Assembly (NCBI GenBank): GCA_003567725.1
Contig: PWYU01000052.1
Span: forward strand, 3,095-67,094
DNA from: Syntrophomonadaceae bacterium
GTDB taxonomy: Bacteria; Bacillota; Dethiobacteria; DTU022
Reading direction: 5' to 3'
Length of the DNA: 64,000 nucleotides
Shown here: positions 47,443 through 57,271 of the stretch, piece by piece
How the letters are laid out: each line of letters begins with the position of its first letter
Position numbering within the stretch: the first letter of the stretch is position 1
Notes under the pieces: generated by a model
What the model was told of the DNA's origin: nothing
Seen by the model: the letters and a program-made list of their open reading frames with translations, nothing else
Database searches by the model: none
Made by a program: the position numbers and the translations under genes

Positions 47443-47735
47443 GTAACTACTGATATGGAAGTGCATGTCAACCCCCATTTTGCAACGGTTGTTTTATGCT
47501 TTTCCAGTCTACCAGTTACTTTTCAGCGCCCAGCTTATCATCAGAAAACCAAAATGATGCCGAGCAGGAGCCCCGGTGCGCCCCTTAAAAGGCGCGGAAG
47601 ACAAGGCTCCTACCCCAATAAGCGGCGCCAGTGGGACAGTTCGAACGTCCTTTAAAGCATAAGCTTTAAGGGCCTGATGGGGAGACGGTGGAACTGTCCC
47701 CTGTGGCTTAGCGGGCTATGCCTGAGAGTAGTTAC
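47443..47735 (+). mobile_element. MITE-like repeat, copy 10 (long variant A carrying ~165 bp of extra internal sequence)
   Basis: GTAACTACTGA...[insert]...AATAAGCGGCGCCAGTGGGACAGTTCGAACGTCCTTTAAAGCATAAGCTTTAAGGG...CCTGTGGCTTAGCGGGCTATGCCTGAGAGTAGTTAC. Flanking 8-mers are AAGATTTT (47435-47442) and AAGAGTTT (47736-47743), a 7/8 match. Confidence 0.7.
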
Positions 47736-47741
47736 AAGAGT

Positions 47742-48485
47742 TTAATGGTAAAATATTTTCCCCAAACAGAGGCCCGCAGCCGGAGCAGTTGGTCCAGCTG
47801 CTGAGGGGTCATTGCCTTTTATGGCTTCATTTATAGCCGTCAGGCTTAGTTTGCCCAAACCGGCCCTGACCAGCGAACCGGTAATCAGGCGAACCATCCG
47901 GTATAAAAAACCGCTTCCCTCAAAGGTTATTATAAGCAACTGTTCCTCTATCCGGTTTTCCAGTTTTACTTTAAAGAGGCTTCGCTTCGTATCCATTACT
48001 CCGCTTCCTGAAACCTGAAACAATTTAAAGTCATGGTTCCCTTCAAACAAAGCAGCAGCCTTGCTCATCACTTCAAGATCTAACCGATCCGGTAGATGCC
48101 AGCAGTAAAGGCGCTTTAGAACTTGAGGATAAGGTGCCCTGTCAATAGAGTAACTGTAGATTTTTCGCCGGGCATCATAACGGGCATGGAAGTGGTTATT
48201 GACCACTTCCGCCCCGGTAACTACTATATCAGGCGGAAGAAGGGTATTGATAGCGCTGGGCAATTTTTCCTTTTCTATATTAAAAGGCGCTTTAAAGGAT
48301 GCTGTCTGGCCAAGAGCATGAACCCCGGCATCGGTTCTTCCAGCCCCGGTTATACGTACCGGCTGTTTGTAAATGATCCTCAAAGCCCGTTCTACTGCCT
48401 CTTGAACAGTAGGTGCGTTCTCCTGGATCTGAAAACCACTGTAGTTGGTGCCATCATATGACAGGTGTAATAAAATATTTACCAA
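47742..48485 (-). CDS. truA: tRNA pseudouridine(38-40) synthase
   Basis: LSYDGTNYSGFQIQ and GAGRTDAGVHA (catalytic Asp) motifs. Confidence 0.93.
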   Translation of the reverse strand: MVNILLHLSYDGTNYSGFQIQENAPTVQEAVERALRIIYKQPVRITGAGRTDAGVHALGQTASFKAPFNIEKEKLPSAINTLLPPDIVVTGAEVVNNHFHARYDARRKIYSYSIDRAPYPQVLKRLYCWHLPDRLDLEVMSKAAALFEGNHDFKLFQVSGSGVMDTKRSLFKVKLENRIEEQLLIITFEGSGFLYRMVRLITGSLVRAGLGKLSLTAINEAIKGNDPSAAGPTAPAAGLCLGKIFYH

Positions 48486-48519
48486 TCTCTACAGCTCCTT
48501 TTAAGCTGCTGCTGGCTGT

Positions 48520-49317
48520 TTAAAGATTAAAGATCAAGACAAGAACAATCAAGGCCAGGGTAATGACCAGGGCAGCCCAATCTTTAAAGGTTATGAGATC
48601 ATCCTGCATCCGGGTCCTCTTAGCGCCGATCCTGAATCCCCTTGCTTCCATTGCTATAGCCAGCTCGTCCGCTCGTCTAAAAGCGCTGACAAAAAGGGGG
48701 ACAATTAAAGGGACGAGGTTCCGGGCTCTTTTAAAGATCGAGCCAGTTTCAAAATCAGCTCCCCGCGCCAGTTGAGCCCGCATTAATCTCTGGCTTTCTT
48801 CCATCAGGGTAGGGATAAACCGCAAGGCCACCGCCATAATCATAGCTACCTCTTCCGTAGGAAGACCCAGGCGCTGCAGCGGTGATAGGAAGTAAGCCAT
48901 GCCATGGGTTAATGATAACGGTGTCGTGGTTAAAGTAACTAAAAGCGAAAACAGGACCAGCACTACCAAACGGGCGATGATAAATATTCCCTGCTCCCCC
49001 CCTTCAGATTCAACAGTTAGAAATCCAATACGAAACAGGACGACTCCACCCGAGGTGAAAAAGAAATATATAATCAGGGCGAAAATTGAAATGTACAAAA
49101 CAGGCCGCAAGCCCCGTAAAAGATATTTAAAGGGAACACCGGCCATGGCAAAAAGGGCAAGGGCCATACCAAGAGAAACAACCAGGGCGCCGAATGTTTC
49201 CAACAAAAACAGTAAGGCTAAAATCAGGACCAGGGTTAATAATTTAAAACGCGGATTAAGCTGATGAATAATGCTAACTCCGGGAATATATTGCCCCATA
49301 GTTATACTGCGAGCCAT
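48520..49317 (-). CDS. ecfT: ECF transporter transmembrane (T) component
   Basis: MARSITMGQYIPGVSIIHQLNPRFKL... is a typical EcfT N-terminus, with an ARG...RG motif region. ATG 49317 abuts the ecfA2 stop; the track ORF starts at 49380. Confidence 0.88.
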   Translation of the reverse strand: MARSITMGQYIPGVSIIHQLNPRFKLLTLVLILALLFLLETFGALVVSLGMALALFAMAGVPFKYLLRGLRPVLYISIFALIIYFFFTSGGVVLFRIGFLTVESEGGEQGIFIIARLVVLVLFSLLVTLTTTPLSLTHGMAYFLSPLQRLGLPTEEVAMIMAVALRFIPTLMEESQRLMRAQLARGADFETGSIFKRARNLVPLIVPLFVSAFRRADELAIAMEARGFRIGAKRTRMQDDLITFKDWAALVITLALIVLVLIFNL

Positions 49318-49319
49318 TA

Positions 49320-50174
49320 CTACCCTCTTTTCTTTGCGGCTAGTATCTCTTGTTTTGCCTTTTGCATTGTATAAACGCATGTGCTTACCGGAAGACCTCT
49401 TTCAGCAAGGCTGTGCATTATTTCTGTTACAGCCGGTAAAGACAATCCCATTTCATATAATGCTTTACGTCTGCTAAATACTTCATCTAAAGAACCCGCA
49501 AGCATTAACTGCCCCTGTTTTAATACCAGGGCGGTATCCGCCAGAGCAGCCACATGATCCAGGTGATGGGTCGATATAATTATAGTCAGGCCTTCTTCCT
49601 GGTTTAGCTGCGCCAGGAGGTTGAACAAGTGATCCCTGCTGTCCAGATCCAGGGCAACAGTGGGTTCATCAAGAATCAGAACTTCGGGGTTTAAAGATAG
49701 AACAGCTGCTATGGCAACCAGCCTTTTCTGACCGGCACTGAGTTGAAAAGGATGACGCTTTAATAAACTTGCTGATTGCAAACCTGTTTTTTCAAAAGCA
49801 TTGTTCACCCTTTCCTCCACTTCATTTTCAGTCAGTCCCTGGTTTCTGGGTGCAAAGGCAATTTCATCATATACCGTTTCGGCAAAAAACTGCTCCTCGG
49901 GCATCTGGAAAACAAGCCCAATTTTTTTTCTGAGGCCAAGCAAAGCCTGTTTATCGCTGCCTATACTTTGACCTGCAAAAAAAACCCGCCCCGCAGTCGG
50001 CTTTAACAGGCCGTTTAAATGTTGAATCAAGGTGGATTTGCCCGAGCCTGATGGTCCGATAATCAACGCAAAGCAACCTTGCTGTAGGCTGAAGGTTATA
50101 TCCTGCAAAGCTTTAGTAGCAAAGGGGGTGCCGGGCATATAGGTGTGCGTCAGTTGTTCTGTGCCAATGTACAT
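49320..50174 (-). CDS. ecfA2: ECF transporter ATPase component A2
   Basis: Walker A (GPSGSGKST), signature (LSAGQKRL) and Walker B (LILDEPT). Located between ecfA1 and ecfT. Confidence 0.9.
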   Translation of the reverse strand: MYIGTEQLTHTYMPGTPFATKALQDITFSLQQGCFALIIGPSGSGKSTLIQHLNGLLKPTAGRVFFAGQSIGSDKQALLGLRKKIGLVFQMPEEQFFAETVYDEIAFAPRNQGLTENEVEERVNNAFEKTGLQSASLLKRHPFQLSAGQKRLVAIAAVLSLNPEVLILDEPTVALDLDSRDHLFNLLAQLNQEEGLTIIISTHHLDHVAALADTALVLKQGQLMLAGSLDEVFSRRKALYEMGLSLPAVTEIMHSLAERGLPVSTCVYTMQKAKQEILAAKKRG

Positions 50175-51007
50175 ATATTATCAACCAACTCCCGGTTGTT
50201 TAAAATATGCGAAGGCAACGGGCATCCGCCCAGGCGCAGTAAGGCGGCCAGTTCTCCGGCAGTGGTTCCCTGTAATCCAATTTTATGCAGTAGATCCAGG
50301 TCAGTTAAAACTTTCTTAGCAGCACCATCGGCGACAACACGCCCTTCATTTAAAGCCAAAACTCTGCCGGCAAGAGCTGCTTCCTCTGGAAAATGAGTCA
50401 CATGGATTACAGCTATACCCCGATTACGGTTTAATGCATGGACTGTATTTAAAACACTGTGCCGGCCGGCAGGATCAAGCATGGCTGTCGGTTCATCCAT
50501 GAGGATACAATCTGGTTCCATGGCCAAAACCCCGGCAATGGCTACCCGCTGTTTTTCTCCACCCGAAAGCAAGTGGGGCGGTTGTTTAAGTAGCATTTCC
50601 AGGCCAAGCAGGGCAGCGGTAGCTTTAACTCTTTTGCGTATCACACTGACTGGAAGTGCCAGGTTTTCCAGGCCAAAAGCCAGATCTTCCTCAACCGTGG
50701 TTGCTACCAGTTGATTATCTGGATTTTGAAAGATCATCCCACAGGACCGTCGCACCTCCGGCAATTTATCTTCTTCAGTTGTAGAAATGCCCTTTACCAG
50801 GACCTCTCCATTGGAAGGTATCAAAAGGGCATTAAATAATTTCAATAAAGTTGTTTTTCCGGAACCATTGGGGCCAATTAAGGCTACATATTCTCCCCGT
50901 TTTACAGAAAAATTAATTCCAGATAATGCGGGCGATGGTTCTCCATCGCCTGAGTAACTAAAATATGCATCTTTTGACTCTATAATAGCTGCAGATTGAC
51001 CGGCCAT
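50150..51007 (-). CDS. ecfA1: ECF transporter ATPase component A1
   Basis: Walker A (GPNGSGKTT), signature (LSGGEKQRV) and Walker B (ILMDEPT). Confidence 0.9.
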   Translation of the reverse strand: MAGQSAAIIESKDAYFSYSGDGEPSPALSGINFSVKRGEYVALIGPNGSGKTTLLKLFNALLIPSNGEVLVKGISTTEEDKLPEVRRSCGMIFQNPDNQLVATTVEEDLAFGLENLALPVSVIRKRVKATAALLGLEMLLKQPPHLLSGGEKQRVAIAGVLAMEPDCILMDEPTAMLDPAGRHSVLNTVHALNRNRGIAVIHVTHFPEEAALAGRVLALNEGRVVADGAAKKVLTDLDLLHKIGLQGTTAGELAALLRLGGCPLPSHILNNRELVDNICTLAQNN

Positions 51008-51012
51008 ATTAA

Positions 51013-51357
51013 TTAATCAGTTATGAGCTCCAAAATAACCATCTGGGCTCCGTCTCCCCGCCTGGACCCTTTTGGGATCACCCGCGTGTATCCGCCATCG
51101 CGGCCTTCCATTTTAGGCCCGGTTTTTTCAAACAGGCTGGTAACCACATCTTCATCAAGCAAATAAGCAAGGGTCTGGCGACGGGCATGCATATCTCCTC
51201 TTTTGGCGAGGGTAATCATTTTTTCAGCCAGCGGTCTTACTGCAGACGCTTTAGCAGCAGTAGTTTCCATGCTGCCATTTCGCAAGAATGAAGTCACCAG
51301 GCCGCGCAATAAAGCTCTTCTGGGGCCGCTTTTCCGACTCAATTTCTGGTATGACAT
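51013..51357 (-). CDS. rplQ: 50S ribosomal protein L17
   Basis: KLSRKSGPRRALLRGL...ETT..KA pattern. Position after rpoA. Confidence 0.93.
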   Translation of the reverse strand: MSYQKLSRKSGPRRALLRGLVTSFLRNGSMETTAAKASAVRPLAEKMITLAKRGDMHARRQTLAYLLDEDVVTSLFEKTGPKMEGRDGGYTRVIPKGSRRGDGAQMVILELITD

Positions 51358-51391
51358 TCTTTAGATCCTCCTTGAAAACTTGCTCAAACAA

Positions 51392-52339
51392 TTATTCTCC
51401 GCTTTCTTGAAAGCCCAAGCCAAGCTCTTTCAGCTTCTGCTCAACTTCTTCCAGCGATTTTTTACCCAGGTTACGAACTTTCATCATCTCTTCTTCCGGC
51501 TTTCTAACAAGCTCACCCACGGTATTAATTCCTGCCCGTTTCAGGCAGTTATAAGAGCGCACTGATAGGTCGAGCTCTTCGATGGTCATCTCAAAGATCC
51601 GCTCCAAATCTTCTTCTTTACGATCAGAAGTAATTTCAACTTCGTCTACCTGTTCGGTAAGATTGACGAAAAGAGAAATATGAGTATTTAATATTTTTGC
51701 AGCCAGGCTGATGGCTTCATCAGGCCTGATGCTGCCGTCAGTCCACACTTCCAGGGTTAATTTGTCATAATCTGTAACCTGCCCCACCCTGGTATCCTCC
51801 ACCTTATAATTAACTTTACGGATAGGAGAAAATAGTGAATCAACAGGTATAACCCCGATAGGTTGCTGGGGAAGCTTATTCCTTTCCGCCGGAACATAAC
51901 CCCTTCCATTTACAGCGGTCATTTCCATATACAGCCTGGCGTTTTCTTCCAGGGTGCAAATATGATGTTCTTCATTTAGGATATCAACATCAGAAGGTGC
52001 TTTTATATTTTTTGCCTGAACTACACCACTCTGATCGGTGTCAATAACCAGTGTCTGCGGTTCTTCCGAATGAATCTTCAAAGAAACAGCTTTTAAATTT
52101 AAGATGATCTCTATAGTGTCTTCCAATACACCAGGCAGGGTTGAAAAATCATGCAACGCCCCGTCAAATTTTACATTGGTTATCGCTGCACCAGGTAAAG
52201 AAGATAAGAGAATTCTCCTCAGAGCATTACCAAGGGTAATGCCATATCCTCTTTCCAGGGGTTCAACCACAAACTGGCCGTAATTATTCTGATCATCTTT
52301 TTCCACATTGTCAATTTTTGGTTTTTCAATTTCGATCAT
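51392..52339 (-). CDS. rpoA: DNA-directed RNA polymerase alpha subunit
   Basis: 315 aa. [22 protein letters not shown] and the C-terminal domain motif [14 protein letters not shown]. Confidence 0.96.
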   Translation of the reverse strand: MIEIEKPKIDNVEKDDQNNYGQFVVEPLERGYGITLGNALRRILLSSLPGAAITNVKFDGALHDFSTLPGVLEDTIEIILNLKAVSLKIHSEEPQTLVIDTDQSGVVQAKNIKAPSDVDILNEEHHICTLEENARLYMEMTAVNGRGYVPAERNKLPQQPIGVIPVDSLFSPIRKVNYKVEDTRVGQVTDYDKLTLEVWTDGSIRPDEAISLAAKILNTHISLFVNLTEQVDEVEITSDRKEEDLERIFEMTIEELDLSVRSYNCLKRAGINTVGELVRKPEEEMMKVRNLGKKSLEEVEQKLKELGLGFQESGE

Positions 52340-52389
52340 AATTTTCCTGTTTACCCTCCTCGTTTAATATATTGAGGGTGCATATTTAA

Positions 52390-53016
52390 TTACCGGGAGT
52401 AAAGCTCCACAATCAGGTGCTCAGTTACCGGTACGTCAATTTCATCCCGTTGGGGTATTCTTAAAAATTGGCCCTGGAGTTTCTCATGATCAACCTCCAG
52501 CCAATCTACCGGTTCCTGCTGTCCTCTTGTCTCGATAATTTCTTTAAAAACAGCTTTATTTTTCCTGATATCCCTGACTGCAACCTGATCTCCCGGTTTA
52601 ATCAAATAAGAAGGAATATCGACTTTACGGCCGTTTACTTCAAAATGGCCGTGATTAATCAACTGCCTTGCTTCATTGCGGGAGCGGGCTAATCCCAGGC
52701 GGAAAACAGTATTATCCAGCCGGCTTTCCAAAAGCTGGAGCAACAATTCACCGGTAACCCCCCTGCGACGATCAGCTTCTTTAAAATATCTGCGAAACTG
52801 CTTTTCCATTACCCCGTAAATACGGCGGGCTTTTTGTTTCTCACGCAACTGCTGGCCAAATTCAGAAAACTTTTGCCGGGCTTGCCCGTGCTCCCCTGGT
52901 GCATAACCATGGCGGACAACTGCGCATTTATCGGAGTAGCAGCGATCTCCTTTTAAATAAAGTTTATCTTTTTCTCTGCGGCACAAACGACAAACTGCTC
53001 CTGTATAACGTCCCAT
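52390..53016 (-). CDS. rpsD: 30S ribosomal protein S4
   Basis: [15 protein letters not shown]...; 208 aa. Confidence 0.95.
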   Translation of the reverse strand: MGRYTGAVCRLCRREKDKLYLKGDRCYSDKCAVVRHGYAPGEHGQARQKFSEFGQQLREKQKARRIYGVMEKQFRRYFKEADRRRGVTGELLLQLLESRLDNTVFRLGLARSRNEARQLINHGHFEVNGRKVDIPSYLIKPGDQVAVRDIRKNKAVFKEIIETRGQQEPVDWLEVDHEKLQGQFLRIPQRDEIDVPVTEHLIVELYSR

Positions 53017-53049
53017 TTAGGTAATATTACACCTCCTTCTTGATAGTAA

Positions 53050-53442
53050 CTATACTCTCCGCCTCTTCGGTGGACGACATCCATTATGAGGAATCGGAGT
53101 CACATCTTTAATAGCGTTAACTTCCAAACCTGCCGCCTGCAGGGAGCGAATAGCTGCTTCCCTTCCGGCGCCCGGCCCTTTAACGAATACTTCGACCTGT
53201 CTCATGCCGTGATCCATCGCAACTTTAGCCGCTGTCTCTGCAGCCAGTTGAGCAGCAAAGGGAGTCGATTTACGCGATCCTTTAAATCCTACATTACCGG
53301 CGCTGGACCAGGATATACCGTTGCCATCAATATCTGTGATACTGATAAAAGTATTGTTGAAGGTTGACTTGATATGAGCAACCCCGCGTTCAATATTCTT
53401 TTTCTCGCGGCGCTTGCTACGAGTAGTCTTTTTCTTCACCAA
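53050..53442 (-). CDS. rpsK: 30S ribosomal protein S11
   Basis: [18 protein letters not shown]..., C-terminal [12 protein letters not shown]. Confidence 0.95.
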   Translation of the reverse strand: MVKKKTTRSKRREKKNIERGVAHIKSTFNNTFISITDIDGNGISWSSAGNVGFKGSRKSTPFAAQLAAETAAKVAMDHGMRQVEVFVKGPGAGREAAIRSLQAAGLEVNAIKDVTPIPHNGCRPPKRRRV

Positions 53443-53476
53443 GGTTTCTTAATTCCTCCCTTCTACAAAAAATCAC

Positions 53477-53848
53477 TTATTTTTTACGGCGTATTCCCAC
53501 AGTTTTACGCGGGCCTTTTCGTCCCCGGGCATTATTCTTGGTTTTCTGACCCCTAACGGGAAGGCCGCGCCGATGCCTGATCCCGCGGTAGCAGCCGATT
53601 TCTACAAGTCTTTTAATATTTAATGCTACTTCCCGGCGCAAATCGCCTTCGACATTGTAGTTTTTATCAATAAATTCACGCAGCCGACCTAATTCATCTT
53701 CAGTCAGGTCCCTAACCCTGGTATCAGAATTGATTCCTGTATGCGACAAGACATCAGCCGCCCTGTTCCTCCCAATTCCATAAATATAGCTTAGCGCAAT
53801 TACTACCCTTTTATCACGCGGTAAATCTACTCCTGCAATTCTGGCCAA
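53477..53848 (-). CDS. rpsM: 30S ribosomal protein S13
   Basis: [15 protein letters not shown]... Confidence 0.95.
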   Translation of the reverse strand: MARIAGVDLPRDKRVVIALSYIYGIGRNRAADVLSHTGINSDTRVRDLTEDELGRLREFIDKNYNVEGDLRREVALNIKRLVEIGCYRGIRHRRGLPVRGQKTKNNARGRKGPRKTVGIRRKK

Positions 53849-53916
53849 TCCATTACACCTCCTTGAACATGGTTCATCCTGGCTAAAAAATCACTAAATA
53901 ATAGTTTAATGAAAAC

Positions 53917-54030
53917 TTAACCCTGTCTTTGTTTATGCTTAGGATTTTGACAAATCACTACAACCCTGCCCTTGCGCCGGATTATTTTACATTTTTCACA
54001 CATCTTTTTCACTGAGGGCCTCACCTTCAT
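53917..54030 (-). CDS. rpmJ: 50S ribosomal protein L36 (Zn-binding type)
   Basis: Hand translation gives [37 protein letters not shown] (37 aa). It is below the ORF-track cut-off. Canonical position between infA and rpsM. Confidence 0.92.
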   Translation of the reverse strand: MKVRPSVKKMCEKCKIIRRKGRVVVICQNPKHKQRQG

Positions 54031-54044
54031 GATAGCGAACCTCC

Positions 54045-54266
54045 TTACTTATAACGGTAGGTAATTCGTCCCCGAGTCAGGTCGTAAGGCGATAACTCTA
54101 CTAAAACCCGGTCGCCCGGCAAAATACGAATAAAGTTCATCCGGATCTTGCCCGATACATGGGCCAGAATTTTGTGCCCGTTTTTCAACTCAACTCGGAA
54201 CATGGCATTTGGCAGCGGTTCAACTACTGTGCCTTCTACCTCAACAATATCTTTTTTCTTGCTCAT
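54045..54266 (-). CDS. infA: translation initiation factor IF-1
   Basis: 73 aa: ...[47 protein letters not shown]... Confidence 0.96.
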   Translation of the reverse strand: MSKKKDIVEVEGTVVEPLPNAMFRVELKNGHKILAHVSGKIRMNFIRILPGDRVLVELSPYDLTRGRITYRYK

Positions 54267-54274
54267 GTTACCAG

Positions 54275-54562
54275 CTAAACCTCCTCTTCGGAACCCCCGG
54301 TTATCGGCACCAGTTTTTTTAAAAAATCAATTACCTGGTTATCTGTTAACTTATCGGGATCAAACGGTACTTCAAACTCTGCCCTGCGTTCATAATGCTG
54401 AAGATGAACTTTATTCTTTTTCTTTGGCCGGGTAACTGACCGTCTTCGCCCATCCACCAGCAGCACATATTTATCATCAAGCTCTTTTAGCACCAGATAA
54501 TGTTTCCCTTTGTCGCGGCCGGCCAATGAACGAACCAGCTGTCCGGGCTTTAGATCAGTCAT
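54275..54562 (-). CDS. KOW-domain small RNA-binding protein
   Basis: 95 aa with a KOW-like [22 protein letters not shown]. It occupies the map-infA slot, as in many Clostridia. Confidence 0.7.
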   Translation of the reverse strand: MTDLKPGQLVRSLAGRDKGKHYLVLKELDDKYVLLVDGRRRSVTRPKKKNKVHLQHYERRAEFEVPFDPDKLTDNQVIDFLKKLVPITGGSEEEV

Positions 54563-54574
54563 TACTCTTCCCCC

Positions 54575-55330
54575 CTATGGAAGGCTGGAAAAAGTCAGGA
54601 TCTCAGGGCCGTTTTCGCCAAGCGCAACCGTATGCTCAAAATGAGCAGAAAGGCTGCCATCGCTGGTTACTACAGTCCATTGATCATCAAGCACTTTTAC
54701 CTCCCAGTTGCCGGTATTAACCATCGGTTCAATGGCCAAAACAATTCCCGGCTGCAAAAGAGGTCCTCGCCCCGGCAATCCAAAGTTTGGCACCTGTGGT
54801 TCTTCATGCATTTGTTCGCCAATGCCATGGCCGACATAATTGCGCACAACAGACATCGATTTTTTTTCAACATAGGCTTGTACCGCATGAGATAAATCGG
54901 AAAGCCTGTTTTTATTTTGCATTTGATCTACAGCTTTCTGCAAAGATGTCCGTGTTACATCAATCAGGTTTTGCGCTTCAGGCGAAATTGTTCCAACCGC
55001 GAAAGTGGCAGCGGCATCACCATAATAACCTTTCCGGTAAGCACCAACATCAATGCTGATTATATCGCCCTCTTTTAATCTGCGCAAGCTTGGAATGCCA
55101 TGCACAACTTCATTGTTTATCGAGGCACAAATCGATGCGGGAAAATTATTATAGCCGAGAAAAGCCGGTTCAGCCCCATGCTTTCTAATCTGTTTTTCTG
55201 CCAAACTATCCAGTTTAGCAGTGGTAACACCGGGTTTTACCGTTTTTGCCATTAGCTCTAGAACTTCGGCAACAATTTTGCCTGCTTCCCGCATCAACTG
55301 AATTTCTTTAGACGACTTAAGTTTAATCAT
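54575..55330 (-). CDS. map: type I methionine aminopeptidase
   Basis: 251 aa. Metal ligand context: VHGIP, DIISIDVG, GHGIG, IEP, FEHT. Confidence 0.95.
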   Translation of the reverse strand: MIKLKSSKEIQLMREAGKIVAEVLELMAKTVKPGVTTAKLDSLAEKQIRKHGAEPAFLGYNNFPASICASINNEVVHGIPSLRRLKEGDIISIDVGAYRKGYYGDAAATFAVGTISPEAQNLIDVTRTSLQKAVDQMQNKNRLSDLSHAVQAYVEKKSMSVVRNYVGHGIGEQMHEEPQVPNFGLPGRGPLLQPGIVLAIEPMVNTGNWEVKVLDDQWTVVTSDGSLSAHFEHTVALGENGPEILTFSSLP

Positions 55331-55339
55331 AAATCTTCT

Positions 55340-56596
55340 CTATTTCATGAATCCACGATAACTGCGCATTAACATGTGGCTTTCTATTTGTTTAAATGTT
55401 TCCAGGGTTACACCGACCACAATAATTAAACCGGTTCCTCCGAAAATTATATTCATTCCCGTCATACGTTCCAACAGTATTGGGAAAACAGCAATAAACG
55501 CCAGTGAACAGGCTCCAACTGTAGTTAAACGGGAAGTGATCCTGGCCAGGTAATCAGCTGTGGGCCGCCCCGGCCTCAAGCCGGGAATAAAACCGCCGTA
55601 TTTTTTGATATTTCCTGCCACCTGAAAGGGATCAAACTGTACTGCAGTATAAAAGAAAGTAAATAATATAATTAAGGTTACATATAATATCAAGTTCAGG
55701 TTAGAACCCCAGCCTAAGCTTGCGGCAATACTCTGAGCAATAGGATGCTGGATAAAACTGACCAGCGTTTGTGGAAAGCTCAAAATTACCGAGGCAAAGA
55801 TAACCGGAATAACTCCTGCTTGATTTACTTTCATCGGAATATGTGTGGCCTGACCGCCATACATCTTACGGCCTACCACCCGTTTGCTGTACTGCACGTT
55901 TACCCGTCTTTGTCCCTGGTCAAGAGCGATTATGCCAACGACCAGTATTAGTAAAACCAAAGCAACCAGGACAATAAGCAGCATATTGATTTCGCCAAAC
56001 CGATACTGTTCGGCAATCATGGCTACACCCATTGGGAAACCGGCTACAATACCGGCAAAAATAATCAGGGAAATCCCATTACCAATTCCTCTTTCAGTAA
56101 TCAGTTCACCCATCCACATCAGAAAAGCAGTACCAGTTGTCAATGATATAATAATTGTTATATAAGATAGTGTAGTTCTGTCCACTACTGCTTCTCCGGC
56201 TATTATCGTCGACAATCCAAAAGCCTGGATCAGGGCAATGACAATCGTCCCATAACGGGTAATCTGAGTCATTTTCTTTCGCCCTTCAGGTCCTTCCTGG
56301 CTCCACTCTTTCAACTTGGGAATAACAATCGTTAAAAGGTTCATTATAATGGAAGCGTTAATATATGGCATAATGCCCAGGGCAAATATGGTAAAATTAG
56401 CCAGGTTTCCACCGCCGATGATATTAACAAAACCAAAAATGGTGTCTTCCTGGAAAAATGCAGCCAAACGGGTTGCATCTACTCCGGGCACCGGGATCAC
56501 CGAACCAACCCTAAAAATCACAAACATGGCCAGGGTGAAAAGTATTCTTTCCCTTAGTTCTTTTATTCGCCAGGCTGTCCGAATTGTTTCCAGCAC
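55340..56596 (-). CDS. secY: preprotein translocase subunit SecY
   Basis: 418 aa with 10 TM helices. GIMPYINASII and the other SecY signatures. Confidence 0.96.
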   Translation of the reverse strand: MLETIRTAWRIKELRERILFTLAMFVIFRVGSVIPVPGVDATRLAAFFQEDTIFGFVNIIGGGNLANFTIFALGIMPYINASIIMNLLTIVIPKLKEWSQEGPEGRKKMTQITRYGTIVIALIQAFGLSTIIAGEAVVDRTTLSYITIIISLTTGTAFLMWMGELITERGIGNGISLIIFAGIVAGFPMGVAMIAEQYRFGEINMLLIVLVALVLLILVVGIIALDQGQRRVNVQYSKRVVGRKMYGGQATHIPMKVNQAGVIPVIFASVILSFPQTLVSFIQHPIAQSIAASLGWGSNLNLILYVTLIILFTFFYTAVQFDPFQVAGNIKKYGGFIPGLRPGRPTADYLARITSRLTTVGACSLAFIAVFPILLERMTGMNIIFGGTGLIIVVGVTLETFKQIESHMLMRSYRGFMK

Positions 56597-56597
56597 T

Positions 56598-57038
56598 TTA
56601 AATCACCTCTACTTTCCCACCGGCCGCCTCAATTTTTGCCTGGGCCTGCTTGCTAAAGCGGTGAGCCCGGACTTCCAACTTACGATCCAGTTCTCCGTTG
56701 CCAAGTACTTTTAGTGGATCACCCTGGTTATTCAGCATGCCGGCTTCCAGTAAAAGATCCGGTGTTACTACTGTCCCTTCCTCAAAACTGTTCAAATCAT
56801 TTAAGTTAATGATATTCCAACTTTTTTTATGAATATTTTTAAAACCGCGCTTCGGTAAACGCTGGAAATATGGCATTTGCCCACCTTCAAAACCGGGACG
56901 GATCCCGGATCCTGATCGTGACTTCTGCCCTTTTTGGCCCCGGCCGGAAGTTTTACCCAGGCCGGAAGCCATCCCTCTTCCTTTACGTTTAGCCGCTTTC
57001 CTGGCTCCCTCAGGAGGCCTTAATTCGTGTAAACGCAT
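56598..57038 (-). CDS. rplO: 50S ribosomal protein L15
   Basis: [33 protein letters not shown]. Confidence 0.95.
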   Translation of the reverse strand: MRLHELRPPEGARKAAKRKGRGMASGLGKTSGRGQKGQKSRSGSGIRPGFEGGQMPYFQRLPKRGFKNIHKKSWNIINLNDLNSFEEGTVVTPDLLLEAGMLNNQGDPLKVLGNGELDRKLEVRAHRFSKQAQAKIEAAGGKVEVI

Positions 57039-57070
57039 CGGCTACACCTCCCTGTCTAACGCTTCTCCAG

Positions 57071-57256
57071 TTACTTGCTTTCTTCAACATTAATTAAATA
57101 ACCTACTGTATTGGCCATACCCCTGATCACCGGTGTGTCTTTATGTTCCACCGTCTGGCCGATCTTTTTCAAACCCAACGCCCGTACAGTGCCTCGATGC
57201 CTTGGTTTACGGGCCAGTGGGCTCTTAATTAGGGTGATTAGCAGTTTTTTTGCCAT
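57071..57256 (-). CDS. rpmD: 50S ribosomal protein L30
   Basis: [29 protein letters not shown]... I use ATG 57256; the track's TTG 57265 is too close to the RBS. Confidence 0.92.
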   Translation of the reverse strand: MAKKLLITLIKSPLARKPRHRGTVRALGLKKIGQTVEHKDTPVIRGMANTVGYLINVEESK

Positions 57257-57271
57257 AACTGTCAACTCTCC

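Noticed and set aside
7601-47735. Could the recurring ~100-145 bp repeats be a CRISPR array?
   Set aside because: The copies are 1-10 kb apart, in both orientations, of variable length, and separated by ordinary genes. They are not 25-40 bp repeats with regular short spacers, and no cas genes are present.
50150-50174. 25-nt overlap between ecfA1 and ecfA2 as a possible programmed frameshift or fusion
   Set aside because: Short overlaps are common in this operon. Both proteins are complete with their own N-terminal and C-terminal regions. An alternative downstream ATG (50138) would remove the overlap.
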